A stretch of DNA of 53,506 nt, counting the filler, from Squatina squatina (Eukaryota), in the NCBI GenBank assembly GCA_031763465.1. It is 3 parts of 3 records of this genome, joined end to end, with 100 filler letters (N's around TTAATTAATTAA, not from the genome) between each part and the next. Parts side by side here need not be neighbours in the genome. Positions count along the whole stretch, not along the records: positions 1 to 15,491 come from JARFOE010000100.1; positions 15,592 to 40,097 come from JARFOE010000194.1; 1 more part is not named here. The stretch is one strand, 5' to 3'. Position 1 is the first letter of the stretch, and the number at the start of each line of letters is the position of its first letter. A program made the position numbers and the translations under genes. The notes below the pieces were generated by a model that saw only the letters and a list, made by a program, of their open reading frames with translations, was not told the DNA's origin and did no database searches. Positions 12,316 through 25,365 of the stretch are shown piece after piece.

Positions 12316-12769
12316 ATTTCATTTGACATGTTCAATGTACACTTATATTTCACATCCAGCAAATCGTTTTTTAAATGTCAAATATTTTATGACCCGGAAG
12401 AGAAAACTCAATACAGCGGAAGGCAATATTTGAATGTTGAAATTGACCCATCTTTACAGGATAGCGCTCTAGTACATCATATTGAAGCTCCAACACCCCA
12501 TCAATATGGATATTGCGCTAGAGATTTATGCCTCGGATTCCTCACACATTAACTTGACATTAGCTCTTGGAAGGAAAAGTCAAAACAACTGCTTGATCAC
12601 AGAGACATGAGAGAAAAGTTTACATCAACTATGCNNNNNNNNNNNNNNNNNNNNNNNNNNNNNNNNNNNNNNNNNNNNNNNNNNNNNNNNNNNNNNNNNN
12701 NNNNNNNNNNNNNNNNNNNNNNNNNNNNNNNNNNCTGTACTTGCTTGAAAACTGTTACATCCCTAACTT

Positions 12770-12893
12770 CTTCCAGTTCTGATGAAAGGTCCTCGATCTT
12801 TTTCTCTCTCCACAGATGCTACCTGACCTGTCGAGTATTTCCAGTGTTTCTGTTTTTGTTTCAGATTTCCAGCATCCGCAGTATTTTGCTTTT
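12770..12893. mobile_element. Penelope-like element terminal repeat fragment (inverted relative to the 12197 copy)
   Basis: ttctgatgaaaggtc...ctctccacagatgctacctgacctg...tttccagcatccgcagtattttg. Confidence 0.5.
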
Positions 12894-13149
12894 GCTACAG
12901 TATGAAGTGAGTTGCTCACCTTCCCTCGCAGGCTTTTCCATGGATCAGTCCAAACCATGGCAGAATTTCAATAGAACCAATAAAATGCTTCAAGAAAGGG
13001 GCCATTTTCTCCAATGTTCACATCTTCTCACTTGAAGGCATCAATCTGACCAGTCTCACTTTTTTTAATATATCAGAGACAAGATTGGATATTAGAGCAG
13101 CTCCCAACCCATGACATGAAGTAAATGATTCATTGAAGTACTGGAATTC

Positions 13150-13600
13150 TTTGAGGTGGTAGCCGAGTTAACAGACCAAGAATATCGAGTGAATATAATT
13201 GGATTTTCAGAAGGCTTTTTATAAAGCACGAGGCTTCTAGAGGTTAAGGCTTGCGGAATTAATGTCACATTAGCGAACTGGATTGGAAACCCATGTGGCA
13301 ATAGGCAGCAGATGATGATAAATGGACAATGCCCCTGGCTGGGACAGTGACAGGTAAAGTTCTGCAGGGGTCTGCTGTAAGGCTCCTGTTGTTCACACTA
13401 TTCATAGATAATTTGAATGGGATATTACAAAGTCTACTGATGGCATTAAGCTACCTGGCCAGATGACAAGTATAAAGAAGATGAGTAGCATTCAAAGAGA
13501 TCGGAGCAAACAGAGCTGAGGAAAGACAGATGGAGTTTAATGTGGATAAATGTAGTGTAACACATGTTGAAACAGAAAATATGAACATGTAAATATGTAG
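13150..13600 (+). mobile_element. Decayed CR1 LINE reverse transcriptase fragment
   Basis: Remnants of LDFQKAF, QGS-LG-LLF and MEFNVDKC (gatggagtttaatgtggataaatg) with frameshifts. Confidence 0.65.
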
Positions 13601-14353
13601 AAGGGGTATCCATTCATAAAGAATTTGGCTGGGATTATTTTTTCGGCGAATGTTTCCAGTATATATGAACGCCTTGTCAACAAAGTTACTCAAATAGCAG
13701 GACGCAGGAAAAGGACATTTTATATATATATATTAATTTACAGCACAGGAACAGGCCATTCTGCACAATTAATCTGTGCCAGTGTTCATTCTCCACGTGA
13801 GCCTACTTCATCTCACCCTAACAACATATCCTCTATTACTTTCTCCCTCATGTACTGAATCCAGCTTCCCCTTAAATTCATCTATGCTATTCACCTCAAC
13901 CACTGCATGTGATAGCATGTTCCACATTCTAACCACTCTCTGGAGAAAGAGGTTTCTCCTGAAATCATTATTGGAATCATTAGTGATTATCTTATATTTA
14001 TTACCCCTAGTTTTGGGATGTTATTTTGGTGAAAGGATAAAAACAGACGCTAAATGGGTGTTGTGCTAGTAAGACACGCCTGTTTGAAAGTCTGGTTGTA
14101 GCAGGCAATTTTGGCCCTAATTGCTGATTACCATGATTTGAACTTGCCTGCAGTTACTAAAAAAGAAACACCTGCAGATTTAGCACTCAAGCGCTGATTA
14201 GACACAATTTTCGTGGATCAGTATAGGTGAGTACCATTCACCCATTTCCACTGNNNNNNNNNNNNNNNNNNNNNNNNNNNNNNNNNNNNNNNNNNNNNNN
14301 NNNNNNNNNNNNNNNNNNNNNNNNNNNNNNNNNNNNNNNNNNNNNNNNNNNNN

Positions 14354-15348
14354 CGAGAAACGGAGTGGCGGGTCTCTACAGCGGACCCTTTCTTTTTTGA
14401 TCGAGACGTGCAGTTGCTTGCTTGACAATGACGCCTAATGATAGCGCAGACGTACGGCATGCCTGGAAGCTTCCTGGCCAAAGCACCTTCGAAAGGACTC
14501 AGCCAAGCAAGCAACATGACCCCGAGTCGACTGGATAAATCAAAGCCATCCCCGGCAAAGCAAGTGCAGCCAGAGTCACACGAGGGAGCTGGGCGTTAGC
14601 GAGCAGGAGCAGCACCGTGGGGGGAGGAGGATGAGACGAATGTGCATGTGGTGCAGCGAGAAAAGCCGAACAGTTGCAACCATTTCTGAGACCTGAGGGT
14701 ATGCTTCAATTGTTGGACATAACAGACTGACGTCGCCTCGCTGAGCCACCAGTGTTTGGGGCAGTTCCCCGGTCCATTTGTTAGAGGAGCCTTTGGACCA
14801 CTCGCCTCTTTGCACTGTGCTCTTTGCAGAGAAGCTGTGGGCAGCGGGGCACCAGGACGTGGAGTTGGAATCAGGCGTCGCTTTGAGCACTCTCCGCGGT
14901 GCTGAAAGTGTATTTCCTACCTTGCGTTTGTTTAAATGTGATGGTCGTCAGGCCTGAACTGTTCGAGCTGTTGCAAGCAGGGGGATCCGGGAGCGCGGTG
15001 CGAACATGCAGGTGCTGTTAGAGTCTCAGGTGGGATCCCGCACCGGCTTGTACACACTTCGAGCAGCGAGTCTCCACAAGGTGTCTTCTCCGGGTTGGCC
15101 CGGCACCGAGCATCGCCTTGCACCGAATCTTTAAGACGGCAACTTTTATTATTCCCGGCGCTGCTCTTCTGGCTGGGAGGAACGAAGGTGGCGGGTGTTT
15201 CGGTGATCGAAAGAGTATGTTTGTGTTCGGGAGCTACCGTTCAGCGAGCCTTTTGCCTTCATTGAAGATGCGCTCCGCGTAAACAAGTGTGAACTGACCA
15301 CAGATCATCTGCAAGGGGCCATCACGTTTTGCAGCTGATTCGGACCAG
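14354..15348 (+). promoter_or_regulatory. CpG-rich region, putative promoter plus long non-coding first exon
   Basis: CpG density clearly above the rest of the window, no credible ORF, possible donor CAG|gtaccg at 15348/15349. Gene unknown. Confidence 0.35.
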
Positions 15349-15491
15349 GTACCGTCGAGTTTTTCTGCACATTGTCATTATATTGCACTGTAAGTAATAC
15401 GTGGTTTCATTCACTGACCGACCCCGATTCCGTTTATCCGCACGAAGTTGCAGGAAGGAAATGCGGCACGCTTGCAACTGGTGTCAATTTC

Positions 15492-15591
15492 NNNNNNNNN
15501 NNNNNNNNNNNNNNNNNNNNNNNNNNNNNNNNNNNTTAATTAATTAANNNNNNNNNNNNNNNNNNNNNNNNNNNNNNNNNNNNNNNNNNNN
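15492..15591. other. Artificial assembly linker N44-TTAATTAATTAA-N44
   Basis: 12-mer with stops in all six frames at 15536-15547, centred in a 100-nt spacer. Confidence 0.97.
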
Positions 15592-16023
15592 TCTGCTTTA
15601 ATGTGGGAACGGTCGATTCACTAATACTGGGATTCTGTCACCAGCTATCTTCTAAATGTGAAATAGATAGTTCAATTAATACATTCCATGTGGAGCAGTG
15701 TTACTGCTCCAACCAGGCTGCTTTATAAAGCTGGGCTGGGCTGGGCTGGGGGAGAGTCTCCAATCATCTGTACAGTGAACCCGGGCCAGCGAGGAGTACA
15801 GAGAGAGTCGAGAGGCGCTAACAACCCCACCTGTGACTTGGAGACGGGACAGGCCGGAAGGAGGCAGAACAAGTCGGAGTTTGAAATGCGTTCCCTTATT
15901 TTTAGCAACAGGAAGAAAGGAGTCAGGGTGCATTAAGCATGCAGCAATAAGTGAAGCTTGCCGCTGTTAGTTTTGATGAATTTGCAGATTGTGTCCACTG
16001 ACATGACCACTGATCTCCCGCAG

Positions 16024-16223
16024 GTGAAGCTAAAGACACTGTTTACGTGGCTACGTGCAATCCGGTCTCTCTCTACTCAGCGAGAGTGCCTGGCAGTACC
16101 ATGCACTACGTGGATCTGTATGACATCTTCCCCCGGAATGCTGGCGGGATCTGGCAGCCGTTTGTGACAGTGGCTCCACTGAGTCAACCACTACATGACC
16201 CGGTCGTGCTGCATGAGGAGCAG
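16024..16223 (+). CDS. VWA8: VWA8 internal exon (EAKDTVYVATCNPVSLY...FVTVAPLSQPLHDPVVLHEEQ)
   Basis: cag|G...CAG|gtattt. Matches recalled human VWA8 TLYVVTCNPASLY...DIFPR...WHPFVTVAPL...VVLHEQQ. Confidence 0.9.
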
Positions 16224-18859
16224 GTATTTGAAATTCTTGGGCGACTTTAACAGCCCATTTTTGTGATTCGATAATCGTGGTCTATGCTCTTGCAGTGGTG
16301 TAAAACAGAATTTTAGAAGTTCACCACTTTAACTAGTGAAGAAATTTTCTTGTTACGTGAGTTAACCTGCTGGCGTGCTCAGTGATCTCCGTTGTATGAA
16401 TTCAGAAGTTACAACAGAGAAACAGATCACTTGGCCCAAACAGACCATCCCAGTGTTTACCCTCCACGCCACCAAATAGCCCGAATCACATTTACCCCTT
16501 TTCCTTCACCAACCTATCCAATCTCACCTTGAATGTTGACATAGTTTTTGCTTCAATCACAACTCTCGGTTTGTGAAGTTTCTTCTGCCCTCTGCTCTAA
16601 ATCTCTCTCATTTAATCTTGTAAAAATTGCGCCTTGTTCTTGACCCCTCTACTAAAAACAGTCTACTTTTACCCGACCTATCCGTTCATCATTTTAAAGC
16701 CTTCGATTATATTGCTCTATAATCAGCGTTGTTCTGATGAAAACAGCCCCGGTTTTTCAAGTCTATCTTTGTATTTGTATTTTCTCATACCAGGCAGTCT
16801 CCTAGTGAAATAAAAGCAGAAAATGCCAGAAACACTCAGCAGATCAGATAGCATCTGTTGAGAGAGATGTAAATGTTTTTAGGGATTACCTTACTATCCC
16901 TCCGTGAGTTCTCGACCTTATGTATAACCTACTAGGTACAAATGTCTCAAATACATTAAATTTCAAGCAAAATAATCTTTTTATTACTAAACACTAGACA
17001 CTATAAACATAATTAGGACATCAGACATAGTTACTTATCAGTCACTGAGGCAAAGCCTGTTTTCTTTCTTTCTTTGTCAAAACTGCCTTTTGGACCCAGC
17101 GGAGCTGTTTACTGCTTGCTTTCTCTTTTTTTTCTTGCTTTGCTGATGTCTTCTTGTGTCTTCCTTTACCTCCCATTCCTTCTCTTCTGTCCCTTGTCTT
17201 TGCTTGTGTCTGAAAAAGCTGTTTGGGTCCTGGGTATTTATAACAAGAATTAGTTTCACTTTCATTTCTCAACACACATTTGTTTTTGGTTTTGTTTTCC
17301 TAAAAATGCTCAGTCATTTCGAGGAATTTGCTTGTGGTCATTTCCAGGAATTGGCTGACAATTGACTGACAGTCAATAGCATTACTTTAAAATACAAAAT
17401 TCACATTATATTTTAAACACCATAAACACCATTATAAATTTTAACAATACATAGAACATTTGGGAAATGTTGACATTTTAGGCCGATGGCCAGAATTGGA
17501 AGATGTTTGAGATAAACAGCTTTTAAGCAAGTACAGAGCCAGGGAAAAGGGGCAGATAAAGAACAAAAGGGAGAGAGCAGTGATTGGGCAGAATGCCCCT
17601 TCCCCACCTTCCCCATTGCTGCTCTACCCAAATCCCAGGACTTGCTTTAGGACTTGCAAGCGGCCCAACATTCATCTTTAGAANNNNNNNNNNTCTTTAT
17701 AAAAGCGGCGAGCTGCCTTTGGAGGCACGACAGGTGCCAACAGCTCACGCAAATAATGATAATGACCAATTTGAGGCTGACCTCAGGCCTCCAGTTGGGG
17801 CTCATGCTGTTGGCACACCACTGGCTAGACATCCCCAAACAAGCCGTAACCAGTTTCTACTCCCTTGTTCCTTTATCTCACCATTTTCCCTACTTTTAAC
17901 TGGTTGATTTTATTTTCCTGCTCTACTCCCTTTATTCCTGCTCCAGCTATCCTTTTTGCTAGATTATATTCTATTCGTTTATTAAAATCATCAATTTCTA
18001 CCTTCTCTACTTACTTTTTCTGATTGTTTTTATTTTCCCTGCCTCCTTTAATCCTAGTTTACACGACTCTTCAATTCCCTATTTATCCAATTTGCCAGTT
18101 CATTAGTTCCATTTCTGTTCAGATGTAGCTGATCCATGTGAAATAGCTCCGATCTTTCCCAGAACTGATACCAATGCACCATAAAACAGAAACCGTCTTC
18201 CTATATTCCACTCCTTTAGTGTTGAGCCACCTAATCTTCTTATCCTTCCCTATTCTAGCTTGCGGTTGGGGGAGCAGTCAGAGATTACCACCCTTGAAGT
18301 CCTGCTCCTAAACTGGCTTCCTGATCTCCTANNNNNNNNNNNNNNNNNNNNNNNNNNNNNNNNNNNNNNNNNNNNNNNNNNNNNNNNNNNNNNNNNNNNN
18401 NNNNNNNNNNNNNNNNNNNNNNNNNNNNNNNCCTCTGCAGTCGAATTGCACCCTCCCCCCCACCCCGGACACACACCAGCCCGAACTCGATGACCGACCC
18501 TTGTCGGGCGAGGAGGTGCTGGTGCCCATGGAACCCCCGTGCCCCAAATCTTACATCGGGAAAGCAGGTGAGCGCTGGGCAGAGATGGGCCCTGACAGAA
18601 AGCGGTGGATTAATCCCCTTAAATGCAGGCAGTGACAGGGCAGAGCTGGAGGCTTGTTCCGGCGACCCCTCTGGGCCTCGCTGTGGGTGAGAGAAAACTG
18701 TCCAGCGCCAGTGACGCACGCTCAGTACAGCAGGCTATAAAAATATCGCCTCATGGCACCAAAATAATTCCGTATTGGCGCGCAAACACTTTTGCTTCCG
18801 CCATTATGGAATTTTCCCCGAGAACTCCCTGAAACATTTTGCAAACCCCTTACCACAGT

Positions 18860-19210
18860 TAAAATTCTTACAGGGCTCGACAAGGTAGATGCAGGAAGGA
18901 TGTTTCTCCTGGCTGGGAAGTCTATAACTAGGGGTCACAGTCTCAGAATAAGGGGTAGACCATTTAGTACTGAGATGAGGAGAAATTTCTTCACTCTTTG
19001 GAATTCTCTACCCCAGAGGGCTGTGGAAGCTCAGTCATTGAGTACATTCAAAACAGAGATTGATAGATTTCTAGATATTAGTGGCATCAAGGAATATGGG
19101 GATCGTGCAAGAAAATGGCATTGAGGTAGATCAACCATGATCTTGTTGAATGGCGGAGCAGGCTCGAGGGGCCGAATGGCCTACTCTTGCTTCTATTTCT
19201 TATGTTCTTA
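18860..19210 (+). mobile_element. CR1 LINE 3' end (ORF2 C-terminus plus 3' UTR)
   Basis: TRGHSLRIRGRPFSTEMRRNFF..LWNSLPQRAVEA followed by ggctcgaggggccgaatggcctactc...ttcttatgttctta tail. Confidence 0.9.
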
Positions 19211-19282
19211 AGATGATCTGGTTGCAGTCATTAAAAACATATTTTAGCAGCATGTTCAGTGACAGGCGTGTGTGTTTTACAG

Positions 19283-19408
19283 GAATTCCCTGGATGTGTT
19301 GGATGTTCTGGAGGGTCGGGCCCATTCCATATCCCTGCCAATCAACGTTAAGTCTGTTCATTTGGTGGCTGAAGACAGATGGTTGCTGGTGGAGAGTAAA
19401 ACTAACAA
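19283..19408 (+). CDS. VWA8: VWA8 internal exon (NSLDVLDVLEGRAHSISLPINVKSVHLVAEDRWLLVESKTN)
   Basis: ttttacag|G...AA|gtgagt. Matches recalled human NSLTVLDVLEGRTHTISLPINLKTVFLVAEDKWLLVESKTN. This frame is not in the ORF track. Confidence 0.92.
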
Positions 19409-19532
19409 GTGAGTGCTGCACGTTTCTTTTACTCTTCACTGTACACTCCTGTACCTTGTAGATCAGGTGCAGCAATTAGTGGACACTGTTAACATGTTAG
19501 CGCTGACTGCTGCTTGCGTATTGGCACTTCTG

Positions 19533-19808
19533 AAGAGAAAAGGTTGTACTTTCATCTCGCCTGGATGTCGCAAACACTTGACAGCAAATGAAGTATTTTG
19601 AAGTGCCGTCACTGTTTTAATTTTAGCGAGATGTTTCAGCCAACTTTGCGCACAGCAACACCCCAGCAACAACAATGAGAAAAATGAGCAGATAATCTTT
19701 TTTAGTGATGTTGGTTGAGGGATAAATATTGGCCAGGACACCGGGGATAACGCTCACGGAATCTTTACAACTACTTGAGAGTCCTCGGTTTAACGCCTCA
19801 TCTGAAGG
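19533..19808 (-). mobile_element. DeuSINE/SacSINE1-like SINE fragment
   Basis: tagtgatgttggttgagggataaatattggccaggacaccgggg core on the reverse strand. Confidence 0.75.
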
Positions 19809-19974
19809 AAGATTTTCTAGCATTCTTTGATCATTTCTTGCCAATATGCATGCAAAAAGCTATTAAGCTAGAGCTAGCATAGGAACTACTTTATTGTAAG
19901 AGGGAAACGTAGCAGGGCATAATTAAAGTGGTTTTAAACACAGTTTAACATTTTAAGATTTTGCAGTACTTAGA

Positions 19975-20347
19975 AAGAAAGAATTTCATTTCAATAGCGC
20001 CTCTCACGACCACCGGACATCCCAAAGTGCTTTACAGCCAATGAAGTCATTTTGAAGTGTAGTCACTGCTGTAATGTGGGAAACGCGGCAGCCAATTTGC
20101 AAACAGCAATGTGATAAATGGCCAGATAATCAGTTTTTGCTATGTTGATTGAAAGATAAATATTAGCCAGGACACCAGGGAGAAGTCCACTGCTCTTCTT
20201 TGAAATAGTGCCATGGAATCTTTTACATCCACCTGAGAGAGAGTTTAAACGTCTCATTCGAAAGACGGCACCTCCGAAAGTGTAACACTTGCTCAGCACT
20301 GCTCTGGAGTGTCAGCCTAGATTCATATGCTGACGTCAATGGAGTGG
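19975..20347 (-). mobile_element. DeuSINE/SacSINE1-like SINE
   Basis: Reverse complement of the same SINE family from tail to near head. Confidence 0.8.
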
Positions 20348-20792
20348 NNNNNNNNNNNNNNNNNNNNNNNNNNNNNNNNNNNNNNNNNNNNNNNNNNNNN
20401 NNNNNNNNNNNNNNNNNNNNNNNNNNNNNNNNNNNNNNNNNNNNNNNTAGCACAATGGAAAAACAAGTTGGAGGATCAAGTGCCGATGCCTCCGTGATTT
20501 GAATCCTCCTTCCCGTTTTTCTGGTGAATTCCATTAATCAATTACACTGACTGCCCTGGTCCTCCTCTCTAGAAACCCATCGAGTTTTCTTTCCTACTTG
20601 TATTATGAATCTTGGTCTGTGTGTTCTTTATTTTGAATCAATTTAAGGAAATTGCAACATTGAGTTTACTATCGAAATGCACTTTTTGACAACTGCGCCG
20701 ATACTGAGAATCTCTCGCCAGCTTCTGTTTGCTTTTAGGAATTATTAATTTTTTTGTTGATTAAATCCTGGGTTTGAAATGTGTCCCTGCAG

Positions 20793-20994
20793 TCTCCCAA
20801 TGAGGTGTACACGTGGAAGCGAAGGGCTCCATTGGACAGTATGGGCGTTGGCTCCCCAAGGGATAAGTTCTTCTCTGGGAGTTTTCAGTCTGGGACTGTG
20901 AAACAGACCAACTGTCTAACCCTGACAGGAACCAACCAGGTGATTCGAGCTGTCGCTGCCAGAGAGGTGCCTCTAAGTGAAATCTACCCAAAAG
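20793..20994 (+). CDS. VWA8: VWA8 internal exon (SPNEVYTWKR...NQVIRAVAAREVPLSEIYPK)
   Basis: ctgcag|TCT...AAAG|gttagt. Matches recalled human SPNEIYSWKR...KQSNCVTL..TNQVVR...EVPLKDIYPK. Confidence 0.9.
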
Positions 20995-21289
20995 GTTAGT
21001 GTGGTGCTGAGGTTCCCTTTAGACAGAGGTATCATCATGTGAGGCTCTCAGTCTATCAGGTCAGATCAGAACTACATTCGCAGCTTTCAATATGAACCAA
21101 GAGATCCACCTCCTGCTCTCTGTACCCCATTCCCACTAAAGTGCTGACCATCCAACTTCCTTTCCTGCCNNNNNNNNNNNNNNNNNNNNNNNNNNNNNNN
21201 NNNNNNNNNNNNNNNNNNNNNNNNNNNNNNNNNNNNNNNNNNNNNNNNNNNNNNNNNNNNNNNNNNNNNATACTGAGCACTTGAACAAG

Positions 21290-21966
21290 TATGAGCTGTT
21301 CAAAGGGAGTCAGCATGGAATTGTGAAGGGTAGGTCATGTCTGACAAAATTAGTTGAATTTTTTCTGAGATTGCCAAAATAGCAGACAGGGGAGTGCCTA
21401 TGAATGTTGTCAATAAGGACTTCTAGAAGGCATTTGATAAGGTTCTGCACAAGAGATTATTAGCAAAAATAAAAGCGCACAGCATTGGAAGGAACCTTGT
21501 GACATGGGTTGGAAATTGTTGTGAGGTAGGAGGCAGAAAGCAGGGATAAAAGGAATATACTCTGATTAGCGGGGTGCGACAAGTAGTGTTTCAAAGTGAT
21601 CTGCACTGGGGTCGCATTTCACCATAGACATAGACACATACAGCATGGAAGGAGGCCATTCGGCCCATCGTGTCTGCACGNNNNNNNNNNCAAAGAGCTA
21701 TCCTACTTTCTAGTTCTTGGTCCGTAGCCAGATAAATGAATGACTTGGATGAAGGAATAGAGAGTTGTATATCCAAGTTTGCAGATGACACTAAGCAGGA
21801 GGCACAGTAAGTTGTGCAGATGGGAGTAGAAAGTGACACAGGTAGATGAAGTAAGTGGACAAAACTGGCAGATGGAGTTCAATGTGGGGAACAGTGACAT
21901 CATCCACTTTGGAAGCAAGACAGACAAATCAGAATACTTTCTATATGGAGAGAGATTAGAAACTTG
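21290..21966 (+). mobile_element. CR1 LINE RT fragments
   Basis: SQHG..KGRSCLT, KAFDKV, ISKFADDTK and WQMEFNV remnants; a 10-N gap and an inverted CR1 tail lie inside. Confidence 0.85.
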
Positions 21967-22494
21967 NNNNNNNNNNNNNNNNNNNNNNNNNNNNNNNNNN
22001 NNNNNNNNNNNNNNNNNNNNNNNNNNNNNNNNNNNNNNNNNNNNNNNNNNNNNNNNNNNNNNNNNNATGGAGAAAAGACAAATTATGATGTCATAACCTG
22101 TCTTATAGTTGTTGACTCACTTGCTATGAAGTTCCAGCATTTTTTGTTTTTATTTCTATCACAACATTTGATATCATCCAAAAAGATGGGACCCAAAGTA
22201 GAATAAAAATATCCTCATAATTTTTAATCGCAATTAGATTTTGTAGCCTTTAATGGGGCACACATTTAGATTTAGCAGAAGAATAATGTGGTATAATGTC
22301 CCCATCCTTTTGAAACAGCACATCTTCTAACTTTAATGAGCAGCACTATGGAAGATTGATGTGTTTTTGGATCTAGTGTGTCTGTCACATCCCAGATATT
22401 GAAATTTGTTACTGATGAAAACAATTTTTAAATAAAAGCCAGTCTGACCTGCATCTTGAAATCTACACAGTTGCATCTGCCTTTTGTAGTTTCT

Positions 22495-23272
22495 AAGTAT
22501 GAGGTCATCCACTTTGGACCTGAGAAGTACAAATTGGAATATTTTCTTTATAGTGAGGAACTAGGTGTTGTGGGGGAGCAAAGGGATTTGGCTGTTCATG
22601 TGCACAGATCACTAAAAGCTAATGCACAGGTACAACAAAATTGAAAAGACTAATGAAATGTTGACCTTTATCTCAAGGGGGATGCAATACAAAAGTGAAG
22701 AAGTGATGCTTCTGTGGTTGAACCTTGGTCAGACACCATATGAAGTACTGTGTTCAGTTTTGGGCATCGCATCCCAGAGAAGGTGCATTGCCTTTGGCCG
22801 AGTTACAGCGCAGGTTCACCCGAGAGGCCTAAAGGATAAGTTATGAGGACCGGTTGCAAAAGCCTGGTTTTTATTCCCTTCTGTTTAGAAGGTTGAGGGG
22901 TGATCTAATCAATTTGTTTAAAATGATAAAGGGATTTGATGGGGGAAATATTTTACTGGTGGGGGAATCCAGAACAAAGGGGCATGATCTTAAAACTAGA
23001 GACAGGCCATTCAGAGGAGAAGTCAGGAAGTACTTTTTCACGTGGAAATCTGAAACTCTCTCCACCCCCCGCCTCCCCAAAAAAAGGCTGTAGATACTGG
23101 GGGTCAATTTAAATTTTCAAGCCTGGGAGCGACACATGTTTATTCGGTAAGTGTATCAAGGGATGTAGATCAAAGGTGGGTAAATGGAGTTGAGGTACAG
23201 ATCAGCCATGATCTAATTGAATGATGGGACAGCCAGTGGGGCTGAATGGCCACTTCCTGTTCCTACGTTCCT
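22495..23272 (+). mobile_element. CR1 LINE 3' portion, decayed
   Basis: EVIHFG..., RRLRGDLI, ESRTKGHDLK, 3' UTR gggctgaatggccacttcctgttcctacgttcct. Confidence 0.85.
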
Positions 23273-24801
23273 AAGGGAAAGGGAAGAGAGCAGAAGCTGC
23301 AAATAGTGCTTTGGGTGGAAGAGGAAGGAGAGTTAACTGAGAGGGAGTGGGCAGGGTGAGTATACACAAGAACTGGGAATGGTGTGAGAAATAAACAGTG
23401 CTTCAACTGGGAATGGAAATGTCAGCTTGAATGGGAGGTGAATAATGTGATAACGTAGGGTTGTGCTGATACAAGACCTCCTACCTCACGCTTCTTTTCT
23501 ATGTTAAAACCTAATGGAAGGAGGAGGCTCCAAGGATGGCTGCATGGCCTGCTGAATAGCTTCTTGAGATTCTGTTGACAAAGTACCTCATTATGCTGGT
23601 GGCTTTGAAGACTCAGCAACTACTGCTACGATGTGTGAATCAACCATCGAGGGCCAACTGTGTAGAGCCGGGTGTTGCTACATCACTAGCACTGAGATGG
23701 GAAGTGGAATCTTGTCCCCGTGGTGCTGTTACTTGCTGATGACACCTTGTTGTAACCAGAGATTCAGACTACATACCTGATTCTGCGCCACCTCCACCTT
23801 CTAAGGTCTCGCAGCCTCAACATATAGACTGTTATCTCTCCGACGTATGTGGGCCCACTGGTTTATTTATACTCTTTGGAAAGAACTTTAGTCGAGTGTT
23901 TTGTTCTCAAAGCTTTAGTCATTGGAGTGTTAGACCTGCGGGGAGAAAACGTTCATCAAAAATCTGGCTTTTAGTTCTCGTCTTTTGTTCTAATTGTTGT
24001 TTATAGCCGACTGCTTTTGGTGCTTAGCATGCAGGTAACCTCATGTCATAGCTTTATTCGGTTGCTGCCTCATTCTATGACACGCCCGTTTACATTTCAC
24101 ACAGAGCCAGGGAAATGCCCCAGCTTGATAGATGGAGCAGTGAGGGATGTGCCAGATCATGAATTTACAGATTGTACTGATTTACAATTCTGCTGCTGCT
24201 TATGACTCACAGCATCTCATGGATGACCAGTCGTTCTTTGTATGTCCTACTTGGCATGGATATAGTGCCATACTCTGCAATCGAAGGTGCCCTCACTGTA
24301 CAAACGAGACTTTGTTGTTCCAAGCACTGTGCACTCATTTTTCTTGTTTTGTAGCAGTTGTTTTACAATGGCGTGGCTTGCTACTCAGAGAACTTCAAGA
24401 ATCACCGCATATTGTGGGACTGGTGTAGGGGAGGTAGATTCCCTTTGCTGATATTAGCCCGTTGGGTTTTCATGACAATCCAGCAGCGAGCCCACAAATT
24501 ACCGGATTTATTTGGATTTGATCTCACGACTTCTGTGTTGCTTATCAGAACCATAACTACTGGGCGACCATACCCTCTTACAATACATTCAAAGTACTTA
24601 TCCATAACACATTTATTTTAATTACAATCATATGCAAATATTTTTTNNNNNNNNNNNNNNNNNNNNNNNNNNNNNNNNNNNNNNNNNNNNNNNNNNNNNN
24701 NNNNNNNNNNNNNNNNNNNNNNNNNNNNNNNNNNNNNNNNNNNNNNGTTTGATTTGATTTGGATTCTGATCTAACTGAACACATTCTGCCCGTCTCTTCA
24801 G

Positions 24802-24960
24802 CTCGGTAGTCCCCAGCAGAAACCCAAGCGCTTGCGGCTGCTTGTGGATGTCTCTGGCAGCATGTACCGCTTCAACGGAGTTGATGGCAGACTGGAACGC
24901 TCCATGGAGGCTGTTTGCATGGTCCTGGAAGCCTTTGAAAACTACGAACAGAAGTTTAAG
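24802..24960 (+). CDS. VWA8: VWA8 exon, start of VWA domain (LGSPQQKPKRLRLLVDVSGSMYRFNGVDGRLERSMEAVCMVLEAFENYEQKFK)
   Basis: tcttcag|CTC...AAG|gtaaag, 159 nt, phase 0-0, MIDAS DxSxS motif (DVSGS). Not in the ORF track. Confidence 0.95.
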
Positions 24961-25039
24961 GTAAAGGGTCGCTGTTAAACACAGCCAGCTGATTTGGTGT
25001 TTTGGAAAGTTGATAATACCAGGAGATCATGGAATCATA

Positions 25040-25365
25040 GAGCACAGAAGAATCGTGCCTGTGCCTTCTCTTTGAAGGAGCTATCCAATTTGTCCTACTC
25101 CCCTGCTCTTTCCCCGCAGTCCTGCAAATTTTTCCCCTTAAAGTGTTTATCCAATTCCCTTTTGAAAGTTATTAATGAATCTGCTTCCACCACCCTTTCA
25201 GGCATTCTTTCATAACTGCTCGCTGTGTATAAAACAAAAAAAGTTCCCTCCCTAGATTTTTTTTGGCCATTTGCCTTAAATCTCTGTCCTCCAGTTACCC
25301 ACCCTCCTGCTAGTGGAAGCACCTTATCCCTATCTACTCTGTCAGAACCCCTCATAATTTCATAA
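25040..25365 (-). mobile_element. CR1 LINE 3' fragment
   Basis: Minus ORF DRVDRDKVLPL...PERVVEADSLITFKRELDKH. Confidence 0.8.

Noticed and set aside
12920-13010. Minus-strand donor GAAG|gtgagc with short ORF MAPFLKHF...
   Set aside because: No acceptor or homology; lies between repeat fragments.
15536-15547. TTAATTAATTAA as a biological palindrome, PacI site or piggyBac target
   Set aside because: Centred exactly in a 100-nt N spacer, twice; a synthetic linker.
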